Origin: the human T2T-CHM13v2.0 reference genome, Homo sapiens | Length of the DNA: 64,000 nucleotides | Assembly (NCBI RefSeq): GCF_009914755.1 | Contig: NC_060931.1 | Direction: 5' to 3' (one strand) | Shown here: piece after piece, positions 41,063-56,949 of the stretch | Layout: every line of letters begins with the position of its first letter | Position numbering within the stretch: position 1 is the first letter of the stretch | Position numbers and translations under genes: made by a program | The notes under the pieces: model-generated | The model's database searches: none | What the model was told of the DNA's origin: nothing | What the model saw: the letters and a program-made list of their open reading frames with translations, nothing else

Positions 41063-41391
41063 CCCCAAGACTGGGTAATTTATAAAGGAAAGAGATTTAA
41101 TTGATGTACAGTTCAGCATGGCTGTAAGAAAACTCACAATCATGGCGGAAGGTGAAGAGGAAGCAAGGCACCTTCTTCACAAGGTGGCAGGAAGAAGTGA
41201 GAAGTAAAGGGGGAAGAGCTCCTTATAAAACCATCAGATCTCGTGAGAACTTACTATCATGAGAACAGCATGAGGCAAACCTCCCCCATGATTCAATTAC
41301 CTACACCTGGTCTCTCCCTTGACACGTGGGGATTATGTGGATTACAGTTCAAGGTGAGATTTGAGTGGGGACCCAAAGCCTAACTGTATCA
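41063..41391 (-). mobile_element. THE1 LTR (THE1D-like), 3' end missing
   Basis: GACTGGGTAATTTATAAAGGAAAGAG, CTTATAAAACCATCAGATCTCGTGAGAACT, CCCTTGACACGTGGGGATTAT, terminal TATCA. Confidence 0.92.
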
Positions 41392-41882
41392 ACTAATGAC
41401 AGAGATTAAGTGGTTTGGGAATTGCAGGAGCCTAGTGACAACATTTAACCAACAGATAAGGTGAGTAAAATGACCATAATAAACCTCATGACAGTAAAAG
41501 AAACAAGAGTGACTTATCCTACAGGGAAGTAATATATCATAGTTTTTCTAGGAATGAAATACAAAGGCAGCCAACTAAGTTGTGATTTGATTATATAACC
41601 TGAATAATCAAAAGATGACAAGCAATAGAAAATTGCAATCTCTTAGACCCTTTTCATGTATAAGCCAGTTCTCAGCCCAGAGCTCAATAGGAGGACTAGG
41701 TCACCTAGAAGAAGGACTGTGTAATGCCAATGCAAGTATATTCAATGTATGTTCCATTGAGATCCTTTACCAGAATAAATGTACACTGGAGAAATTTGAT
41801 TACTCATATCTTTCAAGGGTTTTTAGTTCAGGGTCTAAGTTGGCAGTGATATTGCTGATCTGAAACACAATCATAGCTCCTT

Positions 41883-41992
41883 GGCTTGAGAAAAGTGTTA
41901 TGGAATTCAGGCTTGAGAAAGGTGTTATGGAATTCAGGCTTGAGAAAGGTGTTATGGAATTCAGGCTTGAGAAAGGTATTATGGAATTCAGG
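41883..41992 (+). repeat. 27 bp minisatellite, 4 copies
   Basis: GGCTTGAGAAAGGTGTTATGGAATTCA x4 with two substitutions in total. Confidence 0.97.
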
Positions 41993-43900
41993 TAATAAAT
42001 GGAGTCCAGACCAAGTCACAGTGGCAATTTCCATGGAACTTACTTGTAACACTAGGATGGATATACTTAGAATCTTATTAGTTCCTGACCTGTTAAGGGT
42101 GAGCCATTGCAGAATGAAAGACCAGCAGAAAACTCCAGCATCATCCCTCTTACCCTCAAGGCCAAGATAGTCAATAAAAAAGAGTACTGTACGTCAAGAA
42201 GAATTGCAGGAATTATTGACAACTTCAAAGTTTTTGAGGAGTCAGAGGTAATTGCTTTTATGATATCTCTATTTAGTTTACCTGTACGGCCCTTTCAAAA
42301 CATAGATGGCCTATACTGGGTAATAGAGGATTAATATAAACCTAAAGGATGATACCACATGTGCAACTGCTTTGCTGGATGTGTTTCTGGAATAGAATAT
42401 AACTTCTGGTACTTGGATGTCACTATTGATGTAGAGAATACATTCTCTTCTATCTCCATCAATAAAAATGTATCAGAAGTAATATATTTTTGTATCACTC
42501 TATTCATTGACAGTTTTGGACCAGGGGTATGAAAATGTCCTTGACTTTATCTCATTATACCATTCTGAGACCTTGAGTATATCTTATAATTTTATGGGGC
42601 ATTACACTTGTCACTGTATTCATTTCATTATGCTAATTTTACCTGGTCTGAAATAAGGAGACTGGACACCCTAGTAAATTACATGTTTCCCAGAAGTGGT
42701 AAATGAACTCCAGAAAGATGACAGTCCTGCCACATCAATAAGGACTTGCTTCCTAAAACAAAGGATAGGTTATTGTTCTTCACAAATCCTACCACTAAGG
42801 TAGAGTCATAGACATAGAACTTAGTATTTTTTTTTTTTTTTTAACAATCAGAACTATGGTTCTAGTGCAGTGCAAACTTCCCTGGACATTAGCCACCTGG
42901 CTGTTAAATATAGTGGTGTCAGAAGTATCCAAGATGGATAAAGATGTTGCATGTATTTCAGGGTCAGGCCATCTGCAGAAGAGAACTAAGCACTCTCGGA
43001 AAACCACATTCTTATGTGCTACAGAGCCCAGCAGAAAAAGAAACACTGCATGTGGAACATCTGTTGACTATACAGAAAGAGCAGGTATCCAGGAGTGAGG
43101 TCAAACATATGCAATATACTTTTATTGCATAATTGAAATGGTGCATTTGGATTTGGAAATTCGCAGGTCTAGAACAAAAAATAATTTACGTGAAGAGGTG
43201 TAAATTCCTGAAAAGTGCAACATTGGGATATCTAATAAGAGCAAGTTTGGGCTTCAGTGAGGAAACAATAAAAATTTTGCAGAAGAAGCACATGAATAGA
43301 TCATGAGAGTGGGCAAACAGCGTAAGAAACTGTGTCTCACGTTGATATCTACCTAAAAGTATCCAATACAGAGGAAGCACTTAAAAATAAGAGAAATAAG
43401 TGGAATCCTTGTAAGGATATAAAACACAATTTGTCTCAGCCACTCAGCCGTCCAACTTGAACAATGAGCCCATTAAGAGAACAGGACGAAAACAAGGTTT
43501 TCCTTTCTTTGTCAGATCTCACTACTGCCATTGCTGATAGTCCAGCCTGCCAACATCAGAGACAAACATAGAGCACTCAATAGAGTAGCGTCAACTAATG
43601 GGACATGTCAATCACTTAGCAATATATTGATTATATCAGACTTGTCCAAACAGTAGTCCATTCTTATTGGAATAGGTGTTTCTCTAAGATTTGGGTTTGC
43701 CTTTCTAGCCCCTGTGCCTTTGCTAGTACCATCATCCAGGGGTTTATATAATGCCACGTTTACACCTTGGCACACAATATAATATTTACTTAATCAAAGT
43801 AACCATTTTCTTATGGTGAGTACAAGTATTCTTTTTATTATGATTATGATTATTTAAACTATGAATATACACCTTATACTGGTCTTTGTATGTGTAATAC

Positions 43901-44032
43901 ATATTTGTATATGTATAATATACAAATATATAATATATCTTTGTGTTTGTATAATATGGATTATTATATTTGTATATGTATAATATATGAATATATAATA
44001 TATATTTATATTTTTATATGTATAATATGGAT
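43901..44032 (+). repeat. AT-rich ~65 bp imperfect duplication
   Basis: ATATTTGTATATGTATAATATA...GTATAATATGGATT x2. Confidence 0.8.
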
Positions 44033-44399
44033 TGACAATATGTTTTAATCGTCAATATGAATAAAATAATAAAGATGAATAAAATAATAATAAACCAAAT
44101 ATATATGTAGGGTTATGAGTCCACACTTTTATTCTGTTTTTTCATTCATTTTACAAACATGTGTAAATCCCTTAGAACATATTGTGTGATTAGCCCTTGA
44201 AGAACAAAGAAAAATAAACATAGCTTGTGTATTTGAGGAATCTCCAGTCTAATAGATAAGTGTTCATTCTAAGTGAAAATATAACATAGCAGAACAGTGC
44301 ATTAGATATTAGATATTTGGGACTATGAAATAATGAGTAACTAATACAACAAGGGAGAGGGCAGAGAAGAAAAACTTGAAAGGAAATGTAATTGTGTAA

Positions 44400-44760
44400 G
44401 TATTGATTTTCCAAGTGGAAATGGTATTTCAGAAAAATAAATAACATGCAGTAGCAAGAGGTGTTAGGAGTTATGGTAGGTTCAAGGGATGATATGGTTT
44501 CTTGTCGCTAGAATCAGAGGGGGATTTGTAGGAGATAAAGCATCAAACGTAATTTAGAGTCAAGTTTTAATAGGCCACGAAGGCAATGTCACCAAGTTTT
44601 AATTTTATCCCATAGACGTCGTGGTGCCATTGAAAGCTTTTAAGCTGGGAAGTTACAGAATTCAATCTATATTTCAGAAACATCAGTCTGCCAGCAGTGT
44701 TGATAATGCATTAAAGGGATATGAGATTATGTTTTGGTGGTCACTTGAGAAGATACTGAC
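44400..44760 (-). mobile_element. L2 fragment
   Basis: TTTAATTTTATCCCATAG...GCCATTGAAAGCTTTTAAGCTGGGAAGTTACAG. Confidence 0.65.
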
Positions 44761-45780
44761 ACAGACTTGTTAAAGGAAAGGTTGCTTTTAAAAGGTTTAG
44801 AAGTTGGGTTTTATAAAAATTGGTAGAGAAAATTCCTACAATAAAATATGTTATATGTTCTTATGCATACTACATTTTCAGACATTTTAATATTTCCCAA
44901 ATGAATACAACTTTGAAAGTAGGCATTGCACTTTAATAATCTGTTTATTCTGCACATTATAAGGGCATTGGCAGTGAAAGAGCATATATAGCAAGTTAGA
45001 TTTTAAAAATTTACAAAGTGCTTCAAGAATATTTTTATTACAGTCAAGAGATGATTTCTAGGGAGATAGTTTTTCTTCTGTTCAAGAAACCAATCAGGTA
45101 AAGAAAAGGGCAGAAGATGAATCCAGATAGAGGAAATTTGTGGAGGCATGCAAAAGTATAACTAATTTGAAAAACTTTAAATACATTAGCATGTCTGAAA
45201 TACAAAGCATATTTGGTGTTGAGTAAAAAGAAAAGACCATATTTTGGGGGTATTGTACACCATAATAAGGCATTTGCATTTTATCCTAAGAACAATAAAT
45301 AACTGTTAATCAGGAAATGACATCATCTTTCGATTTAAAAAAATAAGATTACTCTGGGAGAGCCTCAAAATTATTCATGAGACTATAATGTGGAGAGTGT
45401 GAGAAAGAGAGAGGAAATCATTCACAACGTTATAATAGTAACCGTGATCAAAACAAAATGAAAATCTAAAATAAAGAAGGAAAGAATCAGTGCAAAAGGA
45501 GAGAGAAAAGGAGAGATATCTTCATTGAGAAGGAAAGCTAAAAAGTGTCTTACTGAAGATGACATTGACATAGCCACAAGAAAACTTTAAAAAAACCCTC
45601 AGGCTGCTTGCCCCAGCAAATGGATAATAGGAGTCCTACCATGTTTAAGCACACACACACACACAAACAAACAACAAACAAACAAAAAGAATCCAAGATG
45701 TTTTCCTTTTATTTGATGTGTATGTATGGGTGTGTGAATAGAAGAACAGCTGTTAAATATATTGAATTTAATTTTAAATA

Positions 45781-47004
<1,224 letters not shown>

Positions 47005-48544
47005 TATATTGAAAATGATATACCTAGTAGAGTAAGATACTCAGCTAGGGAGGCCAGAAAATTTTGATGACTGTTTGGCAGTCTTCTTATTGCTCCAGAA
47101 TCTGGAAACATAATATTGCCAACTGAAATTAAGGCTGTTAAGGCAGAATTAATTTGATAAAGGTCTATTGGAAGCTAAATATGAGGACTGACCTGGGAAG
47201 TCACAGCAACAAATTTGGGAGTATTCCAGAGACGTATTACAAGATAGAAGGCTTTTATAAAAGCGATTAGGAGAAGGTGGAGGGATTCCTCATATGAAAG
47301 TTGTCCTTCTATATAGAAGTTACAATCACTGGCTTCAGATTGCAATATACAAGCTAAAATGTCTACATGCAAGAAAATTAGTAAGAGTTTCTGATTCCAA
47401 AATAAGTCAGTGTTTTTTTCATTGCCAGTATATTACATATCAATCAGTACATCAACTATTTGAGGAACTTATGATAAGGTTCTTTATTCAGGGACAGAAT
47501 GTGGCCATGAATCACCAGACCTCCCTGAAGTGGGTTAATTTGGAAAGCTGCCAAATATGACCTGTAGTCTATCAGTATAATCCTTAATGTCTTCTCTTCA
47601 ATATAGCAATTAACTTCTTATTGAATTATATGCACCAAGATTTCTTTTTTTTTTTGCTTTCTGTACATTCATCTTATGCAATTATGTTTTTTTAAGTTGA
47701 CATAAGAACTTTAAACCGAACTCTCAAACAATTTTTAAACCCATATATAATGTTTCCTATAAGTGGAACATTGCAAAATAGTTTTCTTTGTATTCTGGTG
47801 TTTTAGTAGAAAAATGGATAATGAACGATTTTATCTATAGATGCCCAGTTTTTGAAGGTAGACTATTCTAGCAACTTGATTCTGGAACGGGAGAAGAGCT
47901 TTCTGTGATTCAGTGGAATTGTGGTTTCTTATCTCCAAATTGAAGCAATACCAATTTGACAGTATTGGTCAGCTTTGTGGACAGAATCTTCTACTAGTTC
48001 CTTTCCAATAAATTATAAAACTATACAGATACTAATTGTAGTGAATGGTCATCAAGCTTTGCATGTTCACTGTGGAATCCTAGTCATCTTCGTACTGCTG
48101 AAACCCTAGGACTCTATTAAGACCTTAATGAAATCACAATTAGATGCTGCTAAATCTTCACACTGATACCTGATCTCATGGTTCAGCTTACAGGGCTTTA
48201 TGACATTTTATCTTCTGGACCAAAAAGCAGTTTATCAGCTTTGCAGAGAAGTGTCTGAAAGATATTTTGTTTTGGGCTTACATACACTTTTAAATATCTC
48301 ACCTAGAATCATAAACATCCATTTTTGTATCCATTTCTTGGTTTCATGAATATGATTGAAATGATGACTCAAATCTTGAATATAACTGATCTATGTTTCA
48401 ATGAGTGATACTGTAGAGATGTCATTAATATTATGATTCAAATATTATGATTATGATAATATTATTATTCAAAGATTATTCAAAAGAATTTTACTTAAAA
48501 ATGCCTAATAAACATTTGTTTTGTGAAAGCCGGCATCAGGCAGG

Positions 48545-48717
48545 TAGGTAGGCAGGGAGGAAAAAGAGGAAAGAAGGAAGGAAGGAAGAAAGGGAGGGAC
48601 AAAGAGGAGAAAGTTTGCTTGTAAGCATTTTCCTCCCTCCCTCCCTTCCCCCTCCCTCTCTTTCTCCCTGTCCATCGCTCGCTCCTTCCTTCCTTCCTTC
48701 CTTCCTTCCTTCCTTCC
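48545..48717. repeat. Purine-rich (GGAA) tract followed by pyrimidine-rich (CCTT)~8 tract
   Basis: Read directly. Confidence 0.9.
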
Positions 48718-51261
48718 AGATTTTTGTTATATATTTTGTTTATGTATTTTGTTTTATAGATGCTGGATACCAGAAGTTAATGAAGACTTGAAGCTATGAT
48801 TTTCAATGTAGAATTTGAATTAGAATTAAAGTCTTCTGGGATTATTTTTATACCAGACATTTTCCAAGAGTTTGAGAAACATTGATTTATAATATTTTGA
48901 TCTTTGAAATTGGAAATATTATTTTAAATAAAAGATATCCAAAAAGCAGTAGGTGTAAAATATATAGTTGAAGCACAACAATGTAAAGTGTCAATGGGGA
49001 TTATGTTCTGTTTTCCAGAGTCTCCCCAACTATTCCAGGATTATTAAAAAACAAAACAAAACAAAATAACCTCCTCATAGTTAAATTCAGGGATATTCTG
49101 TGATATAAGACATACTTTTATATCTGAAAGGAGTCGGCGCTTTCACGGAAAGATATTTGAGTTTCTGTTCTAAAATTAAATGCTTGATGGCTTGAGGCAC
49201 CTGTTTTCTCACTCTAGCGGTGTGAGCAGGAAAAGAAAACAAAACTACAGTAGGAAGTCCAAAAAGTTAGTAGAAGTCAAAGATTGCATTGGCCCAAATT
49301 TTCCTTTTGGACTTGGTGGGGATTTCTGTTTCCAATAGGTCCATTTCAGGTCACAGAGCAGAAGAAGACATTGACCCCTGGCCAAGGTGATAGCTGCACT
49401 GGGATACAACAGGCTAGGGCATATGGACTACATGGAGACCCTCCTGCTTGTGGAAAGGTTGTCATGAAAATAGCTTTGAATTTGAAACTTGCTTGATATG
49501 TTATACATTAAGACTGGCTCCTGATCAACAGTTGAAACCTGAAATTTAGGGACAGCTGAAGACAAGTAAGAAGTGAACAGTAAGAAATGAAATTATACCC
49601 TCCCTACCATGATTGCACGGGCATTCTTACGCGCAAACACTCGTGCTTTGCTCATCCGGTCAGCAGAGCTCTCCGGTGAAGCTGAGGAGGTGTAGTGACA
49701 AAAGAGAGATTGAACTTCAGTCTGCATAGCTCTCTACCACAAGCAGCTCCTGGTTATAGCAAACAAGTTAGACTTAAGATTTTCATTTAAAATTGTCAAT
49801 ATAAATTGCACTGGACTAAGTTTTAAACTGAAGTAACTGAAACACTGGGTCAAGAAGTAATTCTGTTAATTTTGATCAAAGATGTCTGCCATTTTTCTCT
49901 AGTGTAATGTAAATTACTATATGACTCTTTGGAACAAGTAATTTTCAGAAATATATTTGAGATTATGTAAATATATATACGTATCCTGTTTCTTATTAAA
50001 CCTTTATCCCTTTTTTGGCAGCCATTAATGAAATCATCATTTCTAACTGTATCATTTCTCTTAGATTGATTAGTTGACATTGTGCTACAAGAGTTTCCCT
50101 TCTCTCCATTTATTTATCCATTTATATCACTATCAACTCATTTTTATTTTAATATATTGTTTATAATCCATTATAATATGTATTTATTTTGTTAAGTTGT
50201 TGTAGAATTGGCCAATGGCCCCTCATTCAAGCTGGCTTCAGGTTAAAGTCTGCTGATTTTCTCTTCCCTTGATGGTTGTTGAAATTTTTCTTGTTTTGTG
50301 TGTGTCAACTGATTTTACATTGTATCCTAAACATTTTTGCTCTTACATTATGTGAATTTCAATTCTGTAAAAAACCCTGTGGACATTACTTGATTTTTTT
50401 TTCCTTTTCTTTAGTAGGCAATCAACCTGCTTAGGGTGAGACAACAATGATTAACTCAGTTCCACATGTGTGCAGCTCAGAGGCAGGCATAAGATGTTAT
50501 ATACATATTTAGGAGATCTCATTTTCCATTTTTCTATCTTCTTCTATTTCCTCACTTCCTATGGCTGCTAGAATTCATTTTATCTTGGTCCTCTGGCTAA
50601 AACCGTGGTGTTTTTACCTCCCTATGTTAGAGAATTTGAGAAAATGACATATCTTCAATGGTCTGCTTTGGGGGCTAAGCAGAAAGAGAAAAATAACAAG
50701 GATTCCCTGCACAAAATTTAGACCACAAGGGGAACAGTTCCTCTGGCCAGATAGCATTTTTTGTCTCATAATTTTAGTAACTTTTAAATCACTGCTGACA
50801 CCACAGTAAAGTTTCATGGTTTACCTGGTTCCCTGAGCCTAAAACAAATAATAAATGAATTTTTAAAAGGGGGATTATTCCTACAGTCTCCTTTCTTGGA
50901 CCTCTGTAAAGAAAAAGAGATATGATTTTTCCTGAGGCTTTTTTTTCATCTGTGCTCACTGCACAGTTCTGAAACAGCAGTCATCATTTAGTCTAAACCT
51001 GAATGTATGAAACAACAGCAAAAGATATAACCACCACATCAGCCATTATTTTGGGTTTGATTTATCTCCTTACCTACCTGCGATTATGCACTTTTAAGGG
51101 CCTGAACTGTTGCTTAATTATTTTCAGTTTCTTTTGTTTTGTTTTTTTGTTGTTGTTGTAATCAGTGAGAGCTAGAATACAACGATTATTCAATTTAGCC
51201 AGACTTGAAAACTATATTTCACTTTTAAAAATTATTTTGTTGGCTATAGAATTTTATAGGG

Positions 51262-51297
<36 letters not shown>
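51262..51297 (+). repeat. (TG)n microsatellite
   Basis: Read directly. Confidence 0.95.
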
Positions 51298-51301
<4 letters not shown>

Positions 51302-51393
51302 CTATGTGTTTATACCCATGTCCAGGCTATTGATGAGCCCATCAAATATGTTTTTTATTTCTTTTTCAGTGTTTTAATTTCCAACATTTTCTT

Positions 51394-51744
<351 letters not shown>

Positions 51745-52856
51745 AATTTCTGACATTTTCTTCAGATTGTTTCTTAGAGTTTCTAAATCCCTGCATATAT
51801 TACTCATCAGTTCTTGCATGTTGTCTATTTGCAAGCAATAACCTATTAATCATAGTTACTTCAAATTGCCAACATTTGTGTTATATCTAAATTTAGTTCT
51901 GATCTGTGCTCTTTCTCTTTAAGCTGTGTTTTTTCTTGCCTTTTGGCATGCCTTGTGATTTTTTTATTGGAATTCAGATATGTAGTATTAGGTAACAGGA
52001 ATTTAAGTAAATACGATGTTAGTGTAAGCTTGTATATTAACCTGGCTAGAAGTAGATTATGTTTACTGATTGCTCTATGAGTAAATATTAGAAACTTCTA
52101 ATTGATCTAATACCTTTGTTTTTTGTCTCCTCCCTTGAGTTGGGATTCTCTAAGTGGCATTACTTAGAGAGAGTCTGCATCTTGTTCCTTTTCAGTTGCA
52201 ATCTACTTTTTTATTCTGAAACAACCTTGATGCTATGGTGAGGCATGGGAGAATAAAACCATTCTACAATATTAGAGTTAAATTTCAGTCTCTTAATGGG
52301 ACTGTGATTTGAGATTGTGACCTTAACAGGTATTTCTCAGGAGTACGGCTTCTTCTTTATACACACACAGTAGGTGAGACATGAATGTTAGAAAGGGCTG
52401 GATTTGGATAAATGCCTTTTAGGAGGATAAGACTATGTAAAAGCCTTTTTTCCCAGGATAATAGACCTTTGTTATGAAGGCGTACTTCACAATGATTAAT
52501 CTTCCCCTTCCACTTCCAAAGCCACACTGTGATTTTTCTTGAATCTTCATCGTCCGAACTTAATAGGGATTGGGAAGGTAAAATGATGAAAGTGAGGAAT
52601 GCCCTGAAGAACGTGGCCCCTGGGAGTTACTCACACTAATACACACTCAGCCTTTAACAATTCATCAAAGTTGTCATTTACATATTTTTACTAGTTCATA
52701 GCTGCAGAGGATACTGCTTCAGGTAAACACATCTTGACTGTGGCTCTCTGGATTTACCTGTCTCCCCAGATACCAGAGAGGAAGTTGTCCTGCAACCTAC
52801 ATTCTCTGGTGTATCTAAGAAAATTTACAAATGTTTGGTTTGTTGACCATTTTCTA

Positions 52857-55005
52857 GGAGTAGAAAGAAATGACTTCAACATAATAAAATCCATATGTGA
52901 AAAACACACAGGGAATATTAGACTCAATGTGAAAGTCTAAAAAATTTACCTCCAACATCAGGATCAAGGCAAGCATACCCACTTTTGCCATTTCTATTCA
53001 ACATACTACTGAAAGTCCCAGCCAGACAATTAGGAAAGTAAAATAAATAAAAGGCATCCAAATATAAAGGAAGAAATAAAAAGATCTTTTTGTAGATGAT
53101 ATTTTATGTAGAAAACTAAAGATTCCACACAAAAAATGAATTGTTTAATAAATAATTTCAGTAATGTAGGTGGATACAGAATCAAAATGCAAAAATAAGT
53201 TACATTTATTTAAACTATCAGTGAGCAATCTGAAAAAGAAATTATGAAAAAATCATATTTATAATAGCATCAAAAAGAATAAAATATTAGGCATTAAATT
53301 AACCAAGGAGGTGAAAGCCTTGTGCAAGGAAAACTACAAAGCATTGTTTAAAATAATCAAAGAAGACATAAATAAATAGAAATACAGCCTGTGTTCATGG
53401 TATAGAAGACTCAATATTGTTAATATCAAAATACTACCCAAAGCAATCTGCGATCCTTCACAAAATCATAATAATATTTTTTGCAGAAATAGAAAACCCA
53501 TCCTATAATTTGTATAAAATATTAAGGGACCTCCAAATAGCCAAAACAATCTTTAAGAAGAAGAAAAAAGCTGGAAGTTTTCTGATTTCAAAACTTGCTA
53601 CACAGCTATAGTAAACCAAAATAGTGTGGCATTAGCATAAAGACATATGTACAATAGGAATAGAATAGAGAGACCAAAAATAAATTATCTCATGTATAGT
53701 CAAATTATATTTAACAAGAGTGTCAAGACCACTCATGCTGAATGGACAGTCTTTTCAAGAAACAATGCTGAGAAAACTGGATATTCACGGTCAAAAGAAT
53801 AAGTTAGACACTTACCTATCACCATATACAACAATTAACTCAAAATGCATAAAATTCCTAAATGCAAACCCTAGAACTAAAATAAACTTAAAAGAAACCA
53901 TAGAACAAAATATACACAACATTAGACATGTCAGTAATTTCTTGGATATGACATCAAAGACCCAAACAATAAAAGATACAATAGATAAATTGAATTTCAT
54001 GAAAAATTTTTAAATGCACCAAAAGACAATATTGACAGACTAAAAATTACACCTACAGAATGAGAGAAAATATTTGCAAATCATATGTCCAATAAAGAAA
54101 TAGCCAGAACATATAGGTAATTCCTAAAAGATAACCAAAATATGATTCCAAAATGGGCAAAAATCTTGAATAGACATTTTTCCAAAGAAGATATACAATT
54201 GGACAGTAAGCACATGAAAATATGTTCAACCTTACTAATCATTAGGAAAATGAAAATCAAAACTACAGTGAGATATTATTTAATACCCTTTAGAGTGACT
54301 ATCAAAAACACAGATAACAATAAGTATTGGCAAGGATGTGGAGAAACTGAAACCCTTGTTCACTGTTGGTGGGAATGTAAAATGATACAGCTGCTGTAGA
54401 AAACAGTATGGAAGTTCTCCAAAATATTAAAAATATAATTACCATATGATCCAGCCATTCTGCTCCAGAATATATCCCCAAAAATTGAAATCAGGGTCTC
54501 AAAGAGATATTCATACACCCATATTTATAGCAGCATTATTCACAATAGTTAAAATCTGAAAGTAACCCAAGTATCCATCAACAGATAAGCAAAATGTGGT
54601 ATCTACATACTATGGGATATTGTTTAACTTTAAAAAGGAAGAAAATCCAGACATATGCTACAACATGGATGAATCTTGAGGACATTATGCTATGTAAAAT
54701 TAGTCACAAAAAGTAAGTATGATTCCACTTATATGAGGTACACAGAGTACTAAAAAAACAAACAAACAAAGAATAGAACGGTGGTGGCAAGGGACTGGGA
54801 AGTGGGGTAAATGGAGGATTATTGTTTCATGAGTATAAAGTTTCAAATTTACAAGATTAAAAGTATTATGGAGGTGTATGGTAATGATGGTGGCACATTA
54901 TGAATGAATTTGAAGTCACTGAACTGTACACTTAGAAATGGTTAAGATGGTAAGTTTTATGATATGCATATTTTACTACAATAAAAAAATGGAAAAAAAA
55001 ATAAA
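52857..55005 (+). mobile_element. 5'-truncated L1MB: 3' half of ORF2 and 3' UTR
   Basis: KWAKILNRHFSKEDIQ...HCWWECK remnants; ends CTGAACTGTACACTTAGAAATGGTTAAGATGG...CAATAAAAAAA. Confidence 0.9.
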
Positions 55006-55009
55006 AGTT

Positions 55010-55985
55010 GGGCTGGGCTTAGGTTTGTTGTTTCTAGGATTACCCTCACTTGACCACAGGCTTCAAATTCCGTTTGTAGTAGTTTATTTTTGTGTGCTGG
55101 GCTAGTTTGACAGAAGATTTTCCTGTTTCACTGTCAGCTGAGGTTTTCTCTTCTCGCCCTGCCTCTGTAAGGGCTATCTCCACATTCTTGCAACTTTCCT
55201 AGCGTTTTCCACTGTTACTTGTTACAAGACACTTGTTAACCTGGTGGCGGCAGACTAGGAGAGCATTCTCTGTTCTCATCACACCTCAGTCTTAGACAAA
55301 CATTATCTCTCTGGATCTCAAGAGTGTGACTTTCTTGTTGATCCTGCCCCCTCCCATTACTATCTCTGTGTCCAGAGTATATTCCCGTCCCTCCTGAGAG
55401 ACTTCCTTTTCCATTACTCCAACTGCAATGAGTATTCCCAATGACCTAAAGATATGAGTGTTTGCTGCCTTATTTGAATAGGGAAAAGGGTTCAGCTTTG
55501 GTTTCCTGTCCCTCCTATTCAGACTGTTGCTCCTCTCCCACGGGCCTGCATGCTAAGAGAAAATTTCTCAGGGCTCTCACCAATCTTCATCCTGTGTGTA
55601 TGTGAGTGCGTGTGTGTCTGTCTGTCTTGTGAAGATGGTGGAGAAAAGCCTATAGGAGGTTATAAACTCTCCTAATTTCTGTAACCCCTAGGGGCTTCAC
55701 ATTCTTGTACCAGTTCACCCACACTCGGCCTCCTCCAACTTATCAATTATTCAAGCTGATTCAAACTGTCTCAGGAAAGCAAGAGCTTGTCCTCCATCGT
55801 TCTCTGCTACATACAGCCAGTCTCTCCATAGATTTCTGAGTAGGTCATTCGTTGCCCTGCGACATCAGCTCTCTAGCAAATTCAAGGAAAGTCATGAATT
55901 TACAGTTTTTGCAAATTTTTGTGTTATGATAAAGCTAGGAATAATGTTCTATACAGTTCTTCACACCCTGAGTAGAACAAAAAAG
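55010..55985 (-). mobile_element. Old L1M 5' fragments
   Basis: Resembles 51950-52850 (TTGCCCTGCGACATCAGCTCTCT...AAAGTCATGAATTT). Confidence 0.5.
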
Positions 55986-56949
55986 TTTCTTTCTTTATGC
56001 TTTATTACTTAATCTAATATATTGAGTTCAAATTTTCTTGAGTAGAATACTACTGATTATTCATTTTAATTACATTTTTATATAAAAAATATCCCTAAAG
56101 CCCTGTGGAATTAATTTTTTGTTGTTGTGAAGCTGACCTAAAATATTTTTTAAAGCAAAGCGAGAGCAGAAAAGAATGAAAGGCAAGAGAAGAGAGTTTT
56201 GTGTTCAGATGAGATTTACAAACAGTTGGAAACTAGATACGACTGAAAGATAGAGAAAGAATTATCTTTAATCAAAGGGTTCCCTTTCAGTTTTATTCTA
56301 AGTCTCATGATGAATGTTATGGCAGTTTCTCTATTACCAAAATCCAGTTTACAGGTTCACACATCACAGTTTGCCTTATTTTCACTATGTACTACTTAAA
56401 TAACTCCGTATTTTTTCTCTCTTAGGAAACATAGATCATTTTCCTTTGTCTTTTGAGATTCTTTAGCTACAAAAATTACTTTCTGTGTGAGTTAACAGCC
56501 CAATTTATAACTCCCTTTACTTTCAATACTGATTAAACTAAATGTACTATCTTCCTTTTTCAATTATTGGAACGTTTTTTGCCCCATGATGCTTTCCTTT
56601 AGAAAAGCTAGTGTCTTTTGCTTCATAACAAAAGACTTTAATTCAAGCTAATCCAATATATTTCTTTTGTATTTTAACTTACATTAAGTTTTAACCTACA
56701 TTAAGTTTGCATTAAAACTGATTTGTCCAGATGCTTTTGTATTAAACAAATTATATATAATTTATATGTAAACAAATATTTAAATAATTTATATATAAAA
56801 ATATATATATAATTTATTGAATCCTTTATATATATTGACTGATTTTAATAACTGAGGACTGGGCTTCAACTTATATTAATTCTCTAGAACATTTTAACTC
56901 TTCGATTTTACAGATCTCTTTATTTTGGGTTGACTAGTCCATCTTTTTC

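Larger units (their letters stand above)
40601..43820 (+). mobile_element. Decayed ERVL internal region (gag/pro/pol pseudogene)
   Basis: 42107-42334 gives KIVNKKEYC..RIAGII...SLFSLPVRPFQNIDG (ERVL RT N-terminus KIVNQKQY..SPFNSPIWPVQKTDG); from 43527 AIADSPACQHQR...QYIDYI resembles integrase, with stops. Confidence 0.8.

Noticed and set aside
41883-41992. CRISPR-like array of 27 bp repeats
   Set aside because: Units are head-to-tail with no spacers, there are no cas genes, and the context is mammalian
47780-48300. Possible coding exon in unique sequence
   Set aside because: The two plus-strand frames I translated hit stops quickly, and I saw no convincing splice pair or protein similarity
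56745-56820. Short AT palindromes (also ~59040)
   Set aside because: Expected by chance in TA-rich low-complexity DNA
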